A stretch of 64,000 bases of DNA, from the IMG/VR virus record IMGVR_UViG_3300042569_002054, one strand, 5' to 3'. This DNA is from a virus. Shown one piece after another: positions 38,940 through 48,566 of this stretch; the first letter of the stretch is position 1; the number at the start of each line of letters is the position of its first letter. The notes beneath the pieces are model-generated. The model saw nothing but the letters and a program-made list of their open reading frames with translations. It searched no databases and was not told the origin of the DNA. A program made the position numbers and the translations under genes.

Positions 38940-41111
38940 ATGGGATATATTATAAAAGAAAATCAAGGATTATTAATTACAAGATTAACGGACACTGGAC
39001 GTAAAAAAATATCTGAAGGTAATTTTAATGTTTCTTATTTTCAAATTGGAGACAGTGAGGTTAATTATACCTCAATTGCAAATTACGATATATCTAGTTT
39101 TCAAATACTTGAACCATCATATAACGCTCAAAATTCAACAGGAGTTCCTAACTCAACTAAAAATAATGTTAAATATCCTTTTTATTTACAAGGCTCTTCA
39201 GGGTTAACTTATGGTATTCCATTTATGGCATCTTCGGATGAGTCAGTATTTAATACTGCGTCACCTAACGGTTTCTTTGTAACCGCGAGTACTGCATCTA
39301 CTTGTTTTAGTCCTTATCATACAAGTGCATACACTTACAACTCACAATATGTTGTTAATTTATCAGGATTAACTGGTAACACTTCAGTTTTAACACTTAT
39401 TTCCAATCCTTGTCCTGATTCTGTATCAGCGACAACTATTTCTGCGGGAACTCTTGTAACTATTTTTATGAGTGGTGGAAGTTCATGTGGATGTATCGAT
39501 TCTTGTTATCCTGTATTAACTTACCAAGTTCAGAGTTGGAATTCAGGAACAACACAACTTGTTGTTGATAGACTATTACCTAATTTATCAGGTAATACTG
39601 GTCAAGCTAGATTATTTTTCTACCCATCAGGTATGACAGGTTATGATTTACCGACACCTATGAACTATTGGAGTGATAGTGTTATTAATTATGAATCAGT
39701 TTGTACACCTGAAGATGGGTTAGTTAAAATTTGGAATATGAATATTCCGTGGTCTGAAAGTCCTGCGGGATTAATTTCGACATTATATAGTCAATATGGT
39801 GAATTTGGTTCCAAAGATTATATCAGTACAAAAGAATACTACGGATATATGTCGTCAAGTGGACAAACAGATACATCAGGTGTTACATATTATAATTCAT
39901 ACGGTGAACAAATATTAGTGACCCCTGAAGAACAAAAAGCAATTTCAATTGTTCACTACACAAACAATACAATAATTAATTTTTATGGTGAAAAATTTGC
40001 TTGTGAAGCATATGACACAACAAATCCTGGTGATACAGGACAAGCAAGAAATTTTACAATTAACCTGCCTTGGTTAATGTGGCATAAAAATCCAATTAGT
40101 TGTTGTAGTGGTGAAACATTTTGGATTGACCCACCTGGATTTAATGGGTACGATTTATTAACACCATACTATATTCAATCAAATGAAAATCTTGATATGA
40201 ATAATCCGGGTATTAGATATTTTCATTTATATGATACTCACCCAAATCCTGATGGACGACCAAGTAGGGTTGGTAAAGTATTTCCTGATGATAAGGTAAT
40301 TGTTTTTGATGATGAGGAAATTATTGCCGCAATGACTTATGTTGCTAATAGAAACTATACACTACCTGCCCCAAAACTTGGATATAGTGCACCTGGACTT
40401 TGTAACGATACATCAACTGATGGATTACTTGATAATGATAACCAATGTGTGTGGGTAACTTATGGTTTTGATGGGCCTTGGACTGGAATGCATTGTAATT
40501 ATTATCAGAAAATAATTGGCCCTGTAACAGGTTGTAGTTTAACTGAACAAAACGTAACAGTTAAATTCGGAAATGAATTTAAATGTATGAAAACAGGTAC
40601 TACACAAGGATTTTCAGCGACTGACTTTTACATTTTAGCACAAACAGGAACAACATCACAGAATAGACCTAATCCAAATAATTGGGTTAGAATGAATTAT
40701 TCTACCGCATTATCAGGTGGTTATATTAATCCATCAGGTCTTACGGCAACAACATTTACAATTACACCTACAACTTATGCTAATGGAACAACATATAATT
40801 TAGGTAATCAATTAGAGTTACCAACTATTAGTAGTAGTTCATCAACATTATATTTTGGTGATGAATATTTCTTCTACGGGAATGTTAATACTGATATTCA
40901 GGCAACAATTTACGAAATGAGATATCTTATAAATTTACCTAACGCACAATTTGTAAATTCATCAAATCCTACTTGGACACAAGGTATAACTCCTTATATG
41001 TCTGAAATAGGATTATATGACGCTAATAAAAACTTACTTGTATTATCTAAATTCCAATCACCTCAAGTTAGACAAGGTATACAACAAGCGGTTGTTAAGT
41101 TAGATTTCTAA
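38940..41111 (+). CDS. Baseplate/tail-collar-type structural protein
   Basis: N-terminal RLTDTGRKKIS..FQIGD and C-terminal YMSEIGLYDANKNLLVLSKF..P..KLDF resemble the two halves of a tail-collar/fibre-attachment domain. Confidence 0.55.
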   Translation: MGYIIKENQGLLITRLTDTGRKKISEGNFNVSYFQIGDSEVNYTSIANYDISSFQILEPSYNAQNSTGVPNSTKNNVKYPFYLQGSSGLTYGIPFMASSDESVFNTASPNGFFVTASTASTCFSPYHTSAYTYNSQYVVNLSGLTGNTSVLTLISNPCPDSVSATTISAGTLVTIFMSGGSSCGCIDSCYPVLTYQVQSWNSGTTQLVVDRLLPNLSGNTGQARLFFYPSGMTGYDLPTPMNYWSDSVINYESVCTPEDGLVKIWNMNIPWSESPAGLISTLYSQYGEFGSKDYISTKEYYGYMSSSGQTDTSGVTYYNSYGEQILVTPEEQKAISIVHYTNNTIINFYGEKFACEAYDTTNPGDTGQARNFTINLPWLMWHKNPISCCSGETFWIDPPGFNGYDLLTPYYIQSNENLDMNNPGIRYFHLYDTHPNPDGRPSRVGKVFPDDKVIVFDDEEIIAAMTYVANRNYTLPAPKLGYSAPGLCNDTSTDGLLDNDNQCVWVTYGFDGPWTGMHCNYYQKIIGPVTGCSLTEQNVTVKFGNEFKCMKTGTTQGFSATDFYILAQTGTTSQNRPNPNNWVRMNYSTALSGGYINPSGLTATTFTITPTTYANGTTYNLGNQLELPTISSSSSTLYFGDEYFFYGNVNTDIQATIYEMRYLINLPNAQFVNSSNPTWTQGITPYMSEIGLYDANKNLLVLSKFQSPQVRQGIQQAVVKLDF

Positions 41112-41167
41112 ATTATTTACAATTAAGTTAATTAATTTAATATTATGACTAATAACTAATATTAGAT

Positions 41168-41761
41168 ATGGCAAAAAGTATTAAAAATTCACCTAAAATT
41201 TTGGGTTTAGACGTTTCAACCAAAACAATTGGTGTAGCATTGTTTGATTTATCTTCAAGGGATTTATTGGAATTAACTCATGTTTCACCACAACCAAAAC
41301 CAACACCTGAAACCAAGATTGAGGAAATGTTATTAAAATCTGCAACATTCAGAAAGAAATTGGAGGAATACAAAGGAGTTGGTGTCGTTAGATGTGTAAT
41401 TGAAGAACCTTTGTTGAATAGTAATAATGCTTATACTATCGGAACACTATTGAGATATAATACATTGATTACTAAAGAAGTTTATGATGTGTTGGGTATT
41501 GTTCCTGAATATGTTTCAACATATAACTCAAGAAAAGAAGCGTGGCCTGAATTGGTAAAGAAAAACGAGAAAGGTAAATATGTTTTGTTTGGAGGTTATC
41601 CTAAAGATTGTGATAAAAAGATGATTATATGGGAACTTGTTGCTAAAAGAGAACCTCAAATTAATTGGTTGTATACAAGAAACAATACATTAAAGAAAGA
41701 AAACTTTGATATGACAGATGCTTATACTGTTGTATTAAGTTATCTAAATGCTAAAAAATAA
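41168..41761 (+). CDS. ruvC: RuvC-like Holliday junction resolvase
   Basis: ILGLDVSTKTIGVALFD, VIEEP and DMTDA acidic catalytic residues of the RNase H fold. Confidence 0.75.
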   Translation: MAKSIKNSPKILGLDVSTKTIGVALFDLSSRDLLELTHVSPQPKPTPETKIEEMLLKSATFRKKLEEYKGVGVVRCVIEEPLLNSNNAYTIGTLLRYNTLITKEVYDVLGIVPEYVSTYNSRKEAWPELVKKNEKGKYVLFGGYPKDCDKKMIIWELVAKREPQINWLYTRNNTLKKENFDMTDAYTVVLSYLNAKK

Positions 41762-41783
41762 TAAGATTTTTATTTTAAAATTT

Positions 41784-41807
41784 AAGGTGTCGTTTGACAC
41801 CTTTTTT
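41784..41807 (+). terminator. Rho-independent terminator between convergent genes
   Basis: Stem AAGGTGTC / loop GTTT / GACACCTT followed by a T run. Confidence 0.8.
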
Positions 41808-41808
41808 G

Positions 41809-44283
41809 TTATGTACATAATACCACTACACTACCTGATATACCATTACTTGCATAAACTTTAGTAGTTGTGGTATCATAATCAATACCTGATGCTCCAC
41901 CACCAATACTACTTATTGTTTTAACAACTGTATTAGTTGTTGTGTTAATTACACTTATAGTAGAATCAAATGAATTTGTAACATATAATCTATTAGACGA
42001 ATCTATTGTCATATCATATGGAGCACTACCCACTGAAATTGTTGAACCTGTTGATAATGTTATTGTGTTAACAGGGACAATTAAATCACTATTTTGAAGT
42101 GCTACGTACACTGTATTATTTGATATATTGACTTTACATGTTCTTGGATATAACGAACCTGGTAAACCAACAAACGAAACTGTTGAAATTACAGTATTTG
42201 TGAATACATCAATAACTGACATAGTGTTGTCGTTAGCATTTGGTACAAATACTCGACCTAATGTTGGGTCAAATGATGGGTTAATTGGAGCATTACCAAC
42301 AGATATTGTTGATGTTATTGTGTTAGTTAAAGTGTTAATTACGCTAACATTTGCAGTATTAAAGTTTGTCACATACATTTGATTATTAATAGAATCAAAA
42401 CATATTCCTACTGGACCACCCGCACCAATAATTGTTGTTATTGGTGAATTTGTGTCACCATCTAATACGACAATAGTTGATGAATTATAATATGTGATAT
42501 AAATATTGTTATTCAAAGTATCTAGAGCCATTCCTTGAGGACCAATTTGTCCTGTTGAAATACTCAAATATGATGTATTATTTGTTTTGTCAATAACTTC
42601 AATATTGTTGAAAGGTGTGCTTGAAACATATGCGTAATCTGTTGATGGGTTTGATAACATATTATATAATGTGAAACCAGGTGTTATTGAAATTGTTGTT
42701 GTAACAAATGGACAATAAGGTGTTGTTGTTGGTGTCGGAGTAGGTGTTGGAGTAGGCGTTGCAGTTGTAACTGGGATACAAAATTCACAATCAAATAAAT
42801 TACCACTCTCAATAGATTGGAGTGTGTTAGTAGGTGAACCTAAAATATCTGAATTGTAAGTTACACAAACAGATTTAAAGTCAATCACAGCACTAAATGT
42901 TGAACCTGTGTTAAACGGTATTATTTCACCAACAATATATTTTTCGGGTGAGTTACAATCCAAAAGTAATTTTGAATATAAACTTGTAAATTTAGATGAG
43001 AATGTATCATAAGATACTGAACCACTTACAACAACACTTTTAACAGCATTTGTTGGAGTAACACTTGGTGTTGGTGAAGGACCTGGATAACTGTAATTAA
43101 CACCACTAAACGATAATGATTTACCGTTACACAATGGTGTAGGTGTTGGGGTAGTTGTTGGTGTTAATGTCGGTGTTATACTAGGTGTTGGTGTTGGAGT
43201 TGCTCCTGAAGTAATATTACAATCAAATACTGCTGTAAAATCAAAAGTATTACATGCGTCAGTGTTTGATGGTGTTGGTGTAGGACATGAAGACCCAAAA
43301 TATGTTACGTCTAAATCAGGACAAACAGTATTACTTCCTGTTGGACCAAATAATTTACACTCACCATTTACACAAGTTGATAAACACCACTTTGTTTCAC
43401 CAGTGTTGTAATATATGTAATAAGGATTAGTTACGTCTGGCTTATAAAAAACATTTCTTCCTCCAAATACTCCATAGTTGTAATAAGTTCCATCATAATT
43501 TGTATAACCGTCTAAATTTGTGAATACACAATAACTTGATTGAGGACATGCGGTATAAGTTGGCGTTGCCGTTGGTGTTGTTGAAGGTGTTTGTGAAATA
43601 CTTGGTGTTGGCGTATTACAAAATGTTGGTAGTGGGGTCTTTGTAATTGTTGGAGTTGGAGTTGTGGTTGGTGTTATTGATAATGTAGGGGTTGGAGTTG
43701 ATGTTGTTGTCGGTGATGGTGTAATAGTTGGTGTAATACTTGGAGTAGGTGTAACCGTTCTTGTTGGAGTATGTGTTGGAGTAATACTTGGAGTTGGAGT
43801 ATTTGTTGAGGTAACGGTAACTGTTGGTGTTATGGTTGGAGTAATACTTGGTGTTGGTGTTATGGTTGGTGTAACACTTGATGTTGGTGTTTGAGTTTGT
43901 GTTTTTGTTGGAGTATTTGTTGGTGTTTTTGTTGGAGTGGTACTTGGTGTAACAGTTTTTGTTGGAGTGTTTGTTGGTGTTTTTGTTGGAGTAGCACTTG
44001 GTGCAGGTGTTGAAGTAGGTGTTGGTGTTGGGCCAGGAACACAAGGGTTCACGGTTGTACATGCGGTACAAGATGAATATGATGTTAAATTTATTGTTAA
44101 TATGTTATAGATTGGAGTACCTGTAACAAATCCTGTTGTTAAATGTTGAGAACAACCTGAATAAAAATCAGTCTCCAAATAATAAGAGTTTCCGACAGTA
44201 AATGTTCCTGCAGAGTAAGTTGATTGAATTTGAAACGTAGTTCCACTACAACAACCTGAAAATGAATACCAACTTAAAGCCAA
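41809..44283 (-). CDS. Cys- and Thr/Pro-rich protein with C-terminal YVTN-type beta-propeller
   Basis: TTG start after TAAAAAA; long TP linkers; repeats [21 protein letters not shown] and [15 protein letters not shown]. Confidence 0.75.
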   Translation of the reverse strand: MALSWYSFSGCCSGTTFQIQSTYSAGTFTVGNSYYLETDFYSGCSQHLTTGFVTGTPIYNILTINLTSYSSCTACTTVNPCVPGPTPTPTSTPAPSATPTKTPTNTPTKTVTPSTTPTKTPTNTPTKTQTQTPTSSVTPTITPTPSITPTITPTVTVTSTNTPTPSITPTHTPTRTVTPTPSITPTITPSPTTTSTPTPTLSITPTTTPTPTITKTPLPTFCNTPTPSISQTPSTTPTATPTYTACPQSSYCVFTNLDGYTNYDGTYYNYGVFGGRNVFYKPDVTNPYYIYYNTGETKWCLSTCVNGECKLFGPTGSNTVCPDLDVTYFGSSCPTPTPSNTDACNTFDFTAVFDCNITSGATPTPTPSITPTLTPTTTPTPTPLCNGKSLSFSGVNYSYPGPSPTPSVTPTNAVKSVVVSGSVSYDTFSSKFTSLYSKLLLDCNSPEKYIVGEIIPFNTGSTFSAVIDFKSVCVTYNSDILGSPTNTLQSIESGNLFDCEFCIPVTTATPTPTPTPTPTTTPYCPFVTTTISITPGFTLYNMLSNPSTDYAYVSSTPFNNIEVIDKTNNTSYLSISTGQIGPQGMALDTLNNNIYITYYNSSTIVVLDGDTNSPITTIIGAGGPVGICFDSINNQMYVTNFNTANVSVINTLTNTITSTISVGNAPINPSFDPTLGRVFVPNANDNTMSVIDVFTNTVISTVSFVGLPGSLYPRTCKVNISNNTVYVALQNSDLIVPVNTITLSTGSTISVGSAPYDMTIDSSNRLYVTNSFDSTISVINTTTNTVVKTISSIGGGASGIDYDTTTTKVYASNGISGSVVVLCT
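43555..44030 (-). repeat. Thr/Pro mucin-like linker (about 160 aa)
   Basis: [29 protein letters not shown]... Confidence 0.9.
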
Positions 44284-44287
44284 TTTT

Positions 44288-44509
44288 TTATATACTTGTG
44301 CAACCTGTTATTATGCAACCATTTGCATCTACAACCTTCATACAATAGTGTGAAAACATTTCTATTGGAGAAGGTACTGTAAAATTATATGGTAAACTAC
44401 CACTTCCAATACTTGTAATATAATAACATGGACTACCACCTGAAAGACATATATAAACGTCAAACGGAGTGGAACCTGTAATATTATTAACCGTAATTGT
44501 TGTTGGCAT
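44288..44509 (-). CDS. Small Cys-containing beta-sandwich module (73 aa), paralogue of 36615-36836
   Basis: [10 protein letters not shown]...C...KVVDANGC. Confidence 0.7.
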   Translation of the reverse strand: MPTTITVNNITGSTPFDVYICLSGGSPCYYITSIGSGSLPYNFTVPSPIEMFSHYCMKVVDANGCIITGCTSI

Positions 44510-44513
44510 ATGA

Positions 44514-44521
44514 TATAAATA
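44514..44521 (-). promoter_or_regulatory. TATTTATA candidate late-promoter motif (minus strand)
   Basis: 4 nt upstream of the minus-strand ATG at 44509. Confidence 0.5.
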
Positions 44522-44547
44522 TAAAAGGGATTAAAACTTTGTGAAGT

Positions 44548-44576
44548 TTGACAACAATAAGTTTTTATCTTATTAT
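44548..44576 (+). promoter_or_regulatory. Sigma70-like promoter upstream of the primase
   Basis: TTGACA-N17-TATTAT ending 8 nt before ATG 44584. Confidence 0.6.
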
Positions 44577-44583
44577 TAAGGTA

Positions 44584-45480
44584 ATGGACGAAGACGAAAT
44601 TTTACTTGAAATTATTAGGGACTTATTTGGTAAAGAGAAACATTATTATGCTTCCAAAGGTCAGATTTCAATAAATTGTCCGTATTGTGATGAGGGTAGA
44701 AACAAAGGTAACCTTGAAATTAATATCAACGAACACGTATATAAATGCTGGTCGTGTTCAGACTCAAATGGAACACACGGAGTTTTAGGTAAGTTAATTG
44801 ATATTTTTGGAACCAAAAACCAAAAGAAAACTTACGATATATTTAAACCCGAAGAACATAAGTCAAAACATGTTGAACTAAAAAAGTTAAAACTTCCCAA
44901 AGAATTTATTTCAATTAAAGATGCTAATCCCCTTCATATACCACACAGAGAAGTTTTAAAATATATTAAAACACGTGGTATTACTGATGAGATGATTGAT
45001 AAGTTTAATATTGGATTTGCAACCGATGGTGACTACGGAGGTAGGATTATTATACCTTCATATGGTATGGACGATGAGATTAACTACTTCATATCAAGGG
45101 CGTGGTTTAAAACGAAGAACAAGTATAAAAATCCTGAATACCCAAAGGAAACAATTATATTCAACGAGAAGTTGATTGATTGGGAAAAACCAATTTACCT
45201 ATGTGAGGGTGCTATTGACGGGTTCTTTACACCCAATCCAGTTGTTCTACTTGGGAAGGTATTACATGAATTATTGTTTGAAACGATATATACCAAGGCT
45301 AAGTCAGATGTTATTATATGTTTGGATGCTGATGCTTGGAAAGATGCTCAAAAACTTTACAACCAACTAAATGGTGGGAAGTTAAGGGGACGAGTGAAGA
45401 TTCTAAAATTACCAAAAGACTCTGATATTGCAGATTTGAAAGGTAAGATAGATGATTATTTTTATGAAATGAGTTATTAA
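44584..45480 (+). CDS. dnaG: DNA primase (Zn finger + TOPRIM)
   Basis: CPYC...KCWSC zinc finger; YLCEGAIDG and CLDADA TOPRIM motifs; start moved to ATG 44584. Confidence 0.85.
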   Translation: MDEDEILLEIIRDLFGKEKHYYASKGQISINCPYCDEGRNKGNLEININEHVYKCWSCSDSNGTHGVLGKLIDIFGTKNQKKTYDIFKPEEHKSKHVELKKLKLPKEFISIKDANPLHIPHREVLKYIKTRGITDEMIDKFNIGFATDGDYGGRIIIPSYGMDDEINYFISRAWFKTKNKYKNPEYPKETIIFNEKLIDWEKPIYLCEGAIDGFFTPNPVVLLGKVLHELLFETIYTKAKSDVIICLDADAWKDAQKLYNQLNGGKLRGRVKILKLPKDSDIADLKGKIDDYFYEMSY

Positions 45481-45481
45481 A

Positions 45482-46336
45482 ATGGAATTAAAAGAAATTG
45501 CTTTAGAATTACGAGAAATTTTAGAGAACAAAAGACAAGAGTTGGAGTTAACCTTTATTGAGGATACCCACACGTATTTTATGAAAGATGTGGATGGTGT
45601 TGTTAAAAACAATTTCCCATCAGTATCAAAGGTGTTGAAGAAGTTTTACCCTGAGTTTCCAACTGACGAAGCTGCTGAAAGGAAATCAAAAGGAAACCCT
45701 GTAATTAAACAATCACTGATTGAAGAATGGGCAGCCGCTGGTGATTATTCTACCAATATGGGTAGTAGGGTTCACTTCTTTTTGGAGAAGAAGTTGATTG
45801 AAAGTAGTGGAAGTTATAAAGAAGTCCGTCAACCAATTTTTGATTGTGATGTTACACAGATTCTAAAGGGTGATAGTATGATTACCGCTGGTTCCAAATT
45901 TCTAAAACTAATGAAGGAACGTGAAGTTGTTTTGTTGGATACAGAGATTGTTTTGGGTCATCCTGAATTAGGATATACGGGACAACCCGATAAGGTGTGG
46001 TTGGTGATAAACAAGAAGAAAGATGGGTTTGGGTTATTAATAACTGACTGGAAGACAAACAAACCTAAAAACTTTGAAAGTAATAGTTTTACAAAACCTA
46101 TGTATAAACCATTCCAAAACCTACCAAATACCGCTCTTGGACACTACTATGTTCAACTACCTTTATACGGTAAGTTAATCTTAAAAATGTTGGAAGGAAC
46201 AAAATACGAAAACATGAAATTATATGGATGTATTGTCGTATTATTGCAAGAGGATTCAGAGTTCAAAGAGTTCAGAGTACCACAAGATGTGATAGATACT
46301 GTGATGACTATGAATGTAAAAGACTATCTGAATTGA
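45482..46336 (+). CDS. PD-(D/E)XK exonuclease (RecB/Cas4-like fold)
   Basis: GQPDKV...ITDWKT and QLPLY motifs. Confidence 0.75.
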   Translation: MELKEIALELREILENKRQELELTFIEDTHTYFMKDVDGVVKNNFPSVSKVLKKFYPEFPTDEAAERKSKGNPVIKQSLIEEWAAAGDYSTNMGSRVHFFLEKKLIESSGSYKEVRQPIFDCDVTQILKGDSMITAGSKFLKLMKEREVVLLDTEIVLGHPELGYTGQPDKVWLVINKKKDGFGLLITDWKTNKPKNFESNSFTKPMYKPFQNLPNTALGHYYVQLPLYGKLILKMLEGTKYENMKLYGCIVVLLQEDSEFKEFRVPQDVIDTVMTMNVKDYLN

Positions 46337-46363
46337 CAACAAACAAAAAAAATACTATATTTG
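46333..46363 (+). promoter_or_regulatory. Promoter matching both sigma70 and Bacteroidota -7 consensus
   Basis: TTGACA-N17-TATATTTG; the latter is TAnnTTTG. Confidence 0.65.
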
Positions 46364-46367
46364 AACT

Positions 46368-46565
46368 ATGATAAAACTAACATTTAACACAACAGACAAA
46401 ACAGTAAGCGTTGATTTAGGTCAACTTCATTTTGAGGATTACTTAAACGTATCAACAGTACAGGTGAGAGAAGGTTACTACGAAGTAATGACTAAAACTG
46501 ATGAGAAATCTAAACCAGTACTTAGAGTACCGATTAGTAATACAATAATGTTTATACAAGAATAA
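46368..46565 (+). CDS. Small hypothetical protein
   Basis: 65 aa immediately after a promoter. Confidence 0.6.
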   Translation: MIKLTFNTTDKTVSVDLGQLHFEDYLNVSTVQVREGYYEVMTKTDEKSKPVLRVPISNTIMFIQE

Positions 46566-46566
46566 T

Positions 46567-46800
46567 ATGCAATTAGAAAAACCAAAAATTAATTTAAGAG
46601 ACATGGACTTCATTGTCTGTGACAAATGTGAACATAACGAGTTCAAAGAAATTACGTATCTAAAACGAGTACCAAAGTTATTAACTGGTTCACCTGACGA
46701 TACCGTTGTTCCATTCCCAACATACGCTTGTTTGGCTTGTGGACATGTGAATGAAGAGTTAAACCCATTTCATACTGAATCTCCGAAATTAGAACTATGA
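46567..46800 (+). CDS. Zinc-ribbon protein
   Basis: CDKC ... CLAC. Confidence 0.65.
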   Translation: MQLEKPKINLRDMDFIVCDKCEHNEFKEITYLKRVPKLLTGSPDDTVVPFPTYACLACGHVNEELNPFHTESPKLEL

Positions 46801-47576
46801 TAAAAAAGTTAGTTCATTTTTCTGATTTACACATTAGGTTGTTTAAAGACCACCAGTTATATAAAACAATATTGGAGGATGCATTTAAACAATGGAAAGA
46901 TATTGCACCTGATAGAATTGTATTTACGGGGGATTTGGTTCACTCAAAGAATCAGATGACACCTGAACTTGTTGAGTTTATCGCTTGGGTATTGACAGAG
47001 TGTTCAAAGATTGCTAAGACGGTATTAATACCTGGTAATCACGACTTCCTTGAAAATAACATGGAACGATTGGATGCTCTAACACCTGTGGTTGATTCAC
47101 TTAAAAATGACATGGTAGTTTACTACAAGAACAGGGGTGTGTATCAGGATGAAAATATTGATTGGTGTGTGTATTCACTTATGGACCATAACATCCCACC
47201 TACGATTGAAAAATCTGATAGAGTTAAAATTGGATTATTTCACGGACCAGTTCAGGGACTTACAACCAACTTAGGATTTAAGTTTGAAGATGGGTTTGAA
47301 ACATCAAAGTTTGATGGATGTGATTTGGTACTATGTGGTGATATTCATAAGAGACAAATCTTTGATATACCGGGTGGTAAGAAGGCTTACATGATTGGTT
47401 CAACCGTTGGACAGAACTATGGTGAAACGGTAACCAAACACGGATATGGAATTTATGATGTGGAAAAGGATGAGTATACGACAGTGGATTTATTCAACCC
47501 AAAACCTTTCATATCATTTAGAATAAACTCATACGAAGATATTGAAAATGGAACAGAAAAATTCGTTAACTATTGA
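46797..47576 (+). CDS. sbcD: SbcD/Mre11-like metallophosphoesterase nuclease (short, catalytic domain only)
   Basis: SDLH, TGDLVH, PGNHD, FHG and GDIH motifs. Confidence 0.85.
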   Translation: MIKKLVHFSDLHIRLFKDHQLYKTILEDAFKQWKDIAPDRIVFTGDLVHSKNQMTPELVEFIAWVLTECSKIAKTVLIPGNHDFLENNMERLDALTPVVDSLKNDMVVYYKNRGVYQDENIDWCVYSLMDHNIPPTIEKSDRVKIGLFHGPVQGLTTNLGFKFEDGFETSKFDGCDLVLCGDIHKRQIFDIPGGKKAYMIGSTVGQNYGETVTKHGYGIYDVEKDEYTTVDLFNPKPFISFRINSYEDIENGTEKFVNY

Positions 47577-48000
47577 GTTAACCAAACAAGACGTTGAAGA
47601 CTTCAATTCATTCTGTAAGATTAATGAAATAACCGACCCTAATGGTTTTGTTAAACTATGTTTCCGTAAAGGATACTATATTGAAAAATATGGTTTATTG
47701 AATCAGGGTAATCTTCCTGAGGTTATTGACAGAGAATTTGAAAAGGAAGTTATTGTTGAAGATAACTCAAAGATTGAAGAACTACAAAATGAAATTTACA
47801 TTCTTAAAGGTAAATTGGAAGATAAAAAGGAAGTGGAATGTGGTAAACTACAAGAAACCCTTTTTGAACTAAACAGACAATTAAGTGATAAAAATAACAC
47901 AATAAAAGAATTAACAAGAAAGGTGAATGAGCTTGAAGATATGACAAAAACTTCTTATGCTTTCTACCTACAGAATTCAAACTTAAAAAACAGAATATGA
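47548..48000 (+). CDS. Hypothetical coiled-coil protein
   Basis: About 150 aa, heptad-rich C-terminus. Confidence 0.6.
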   Translation: MEQKNSLTIELTKQDVEDFNSFCKINEITDPNGFVKLCFRKGYYIEKYGLLNQGNLPEVIDREFEKEVIVEDNSKIEELQNEIYILKGKLEDKKEVECGKLQETLFELNRQLSDKNNTIKELTRKVNELEDMTKTSYAFYLQNSNLKNRI

Positions 48001-48347
48001 CACAGTTAGTATTATTTATGATTTTAGCCTACGGGTTTTCAACAATTATGGTTTATGGAACCATCTTCAAAGGAATGAGAGATTTCATCAAAGCTTATGG
48101 AAACTCCGATTTAATTTTTTCAAACACATTCAATTTCATTTCAGGTATTTTATCCTGTATGATGTGTTGTTCCACTTGGATAGGGTTCTTCTTAGGAACA
48201 GTTTTATTCTCACCGACTTATCAGTTTTTCGGAACAAGTCCATACATTTCATGGTTCTTTGATGGGTTATTCGCGTCAGGAGCGGTATGGGCAATCAACG
48301 CTTTCATTGAATGGTTTGAAGTAAACCGACCAGCTAAAATAGATTAA
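47997..48347 (+). CDS. Small membrane protein with CxxC (DUF1360-like)
   Basis: Three hydrophobic segments; ILSCMMCCSTW. Confidence 0.5.
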   Translation: MTQLVLFMILAYGFSTIMVYGTIFKGMRDFIKAYGNSDLIFSNTFNFISGILSCMMCCSTWIGFFLGTVLFSPTYQFFGTSPYISWFFDGLFASGAVWAINAFIEWFEVNRPAKID

Positions 48348-48367
48348 TTTAAAAACCAAATAAATAT

Positions 48368-48550
48368 ATGCCAAAGTCAAGATTAAGACCAAACCACAAG
48401 CAGAAGGTTGCTGCGTGGAAATTAAAAAACGCTCATGCTGAAAGACGCTACCAAAGAACAATGTCAGATTTGTTTGAAAAGATGAGACAAACAGCTTCTG
48501 AAAAGACAGAAGAAGTAGAAACAAATGAACCTGTTCAGCCCGCAAATTAA
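48368..48550 (+). CDS. Small basic hypothetical protein
   Basis: 60 aa, MPKSRLRPNHKQK. Confidence 0.55.
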   Translation: MPKSRLRPNHKQKVAAWKLKNAHAERRYQRTMSDLFEKMRQTASEKTEEVETNEPVQPAN

Positions 48551-48566
48551 TTTCACAAAAGTTAGA

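Noticed and set aside
44534-44549. AAACTT-TGTG-AAGTTT palindrome in the divergent promoter region as an operator
   Set aside because: Only a 6-bp AT-rich arm with no second copy noticed; compatible with chance.
45482-46336. Cas4 / CRISPR-associated call for the PD-(D/E)XK nuclease
   Set aside because: No Fe-S Cys cluster, no cas genes or array; the context is replication and recombination.
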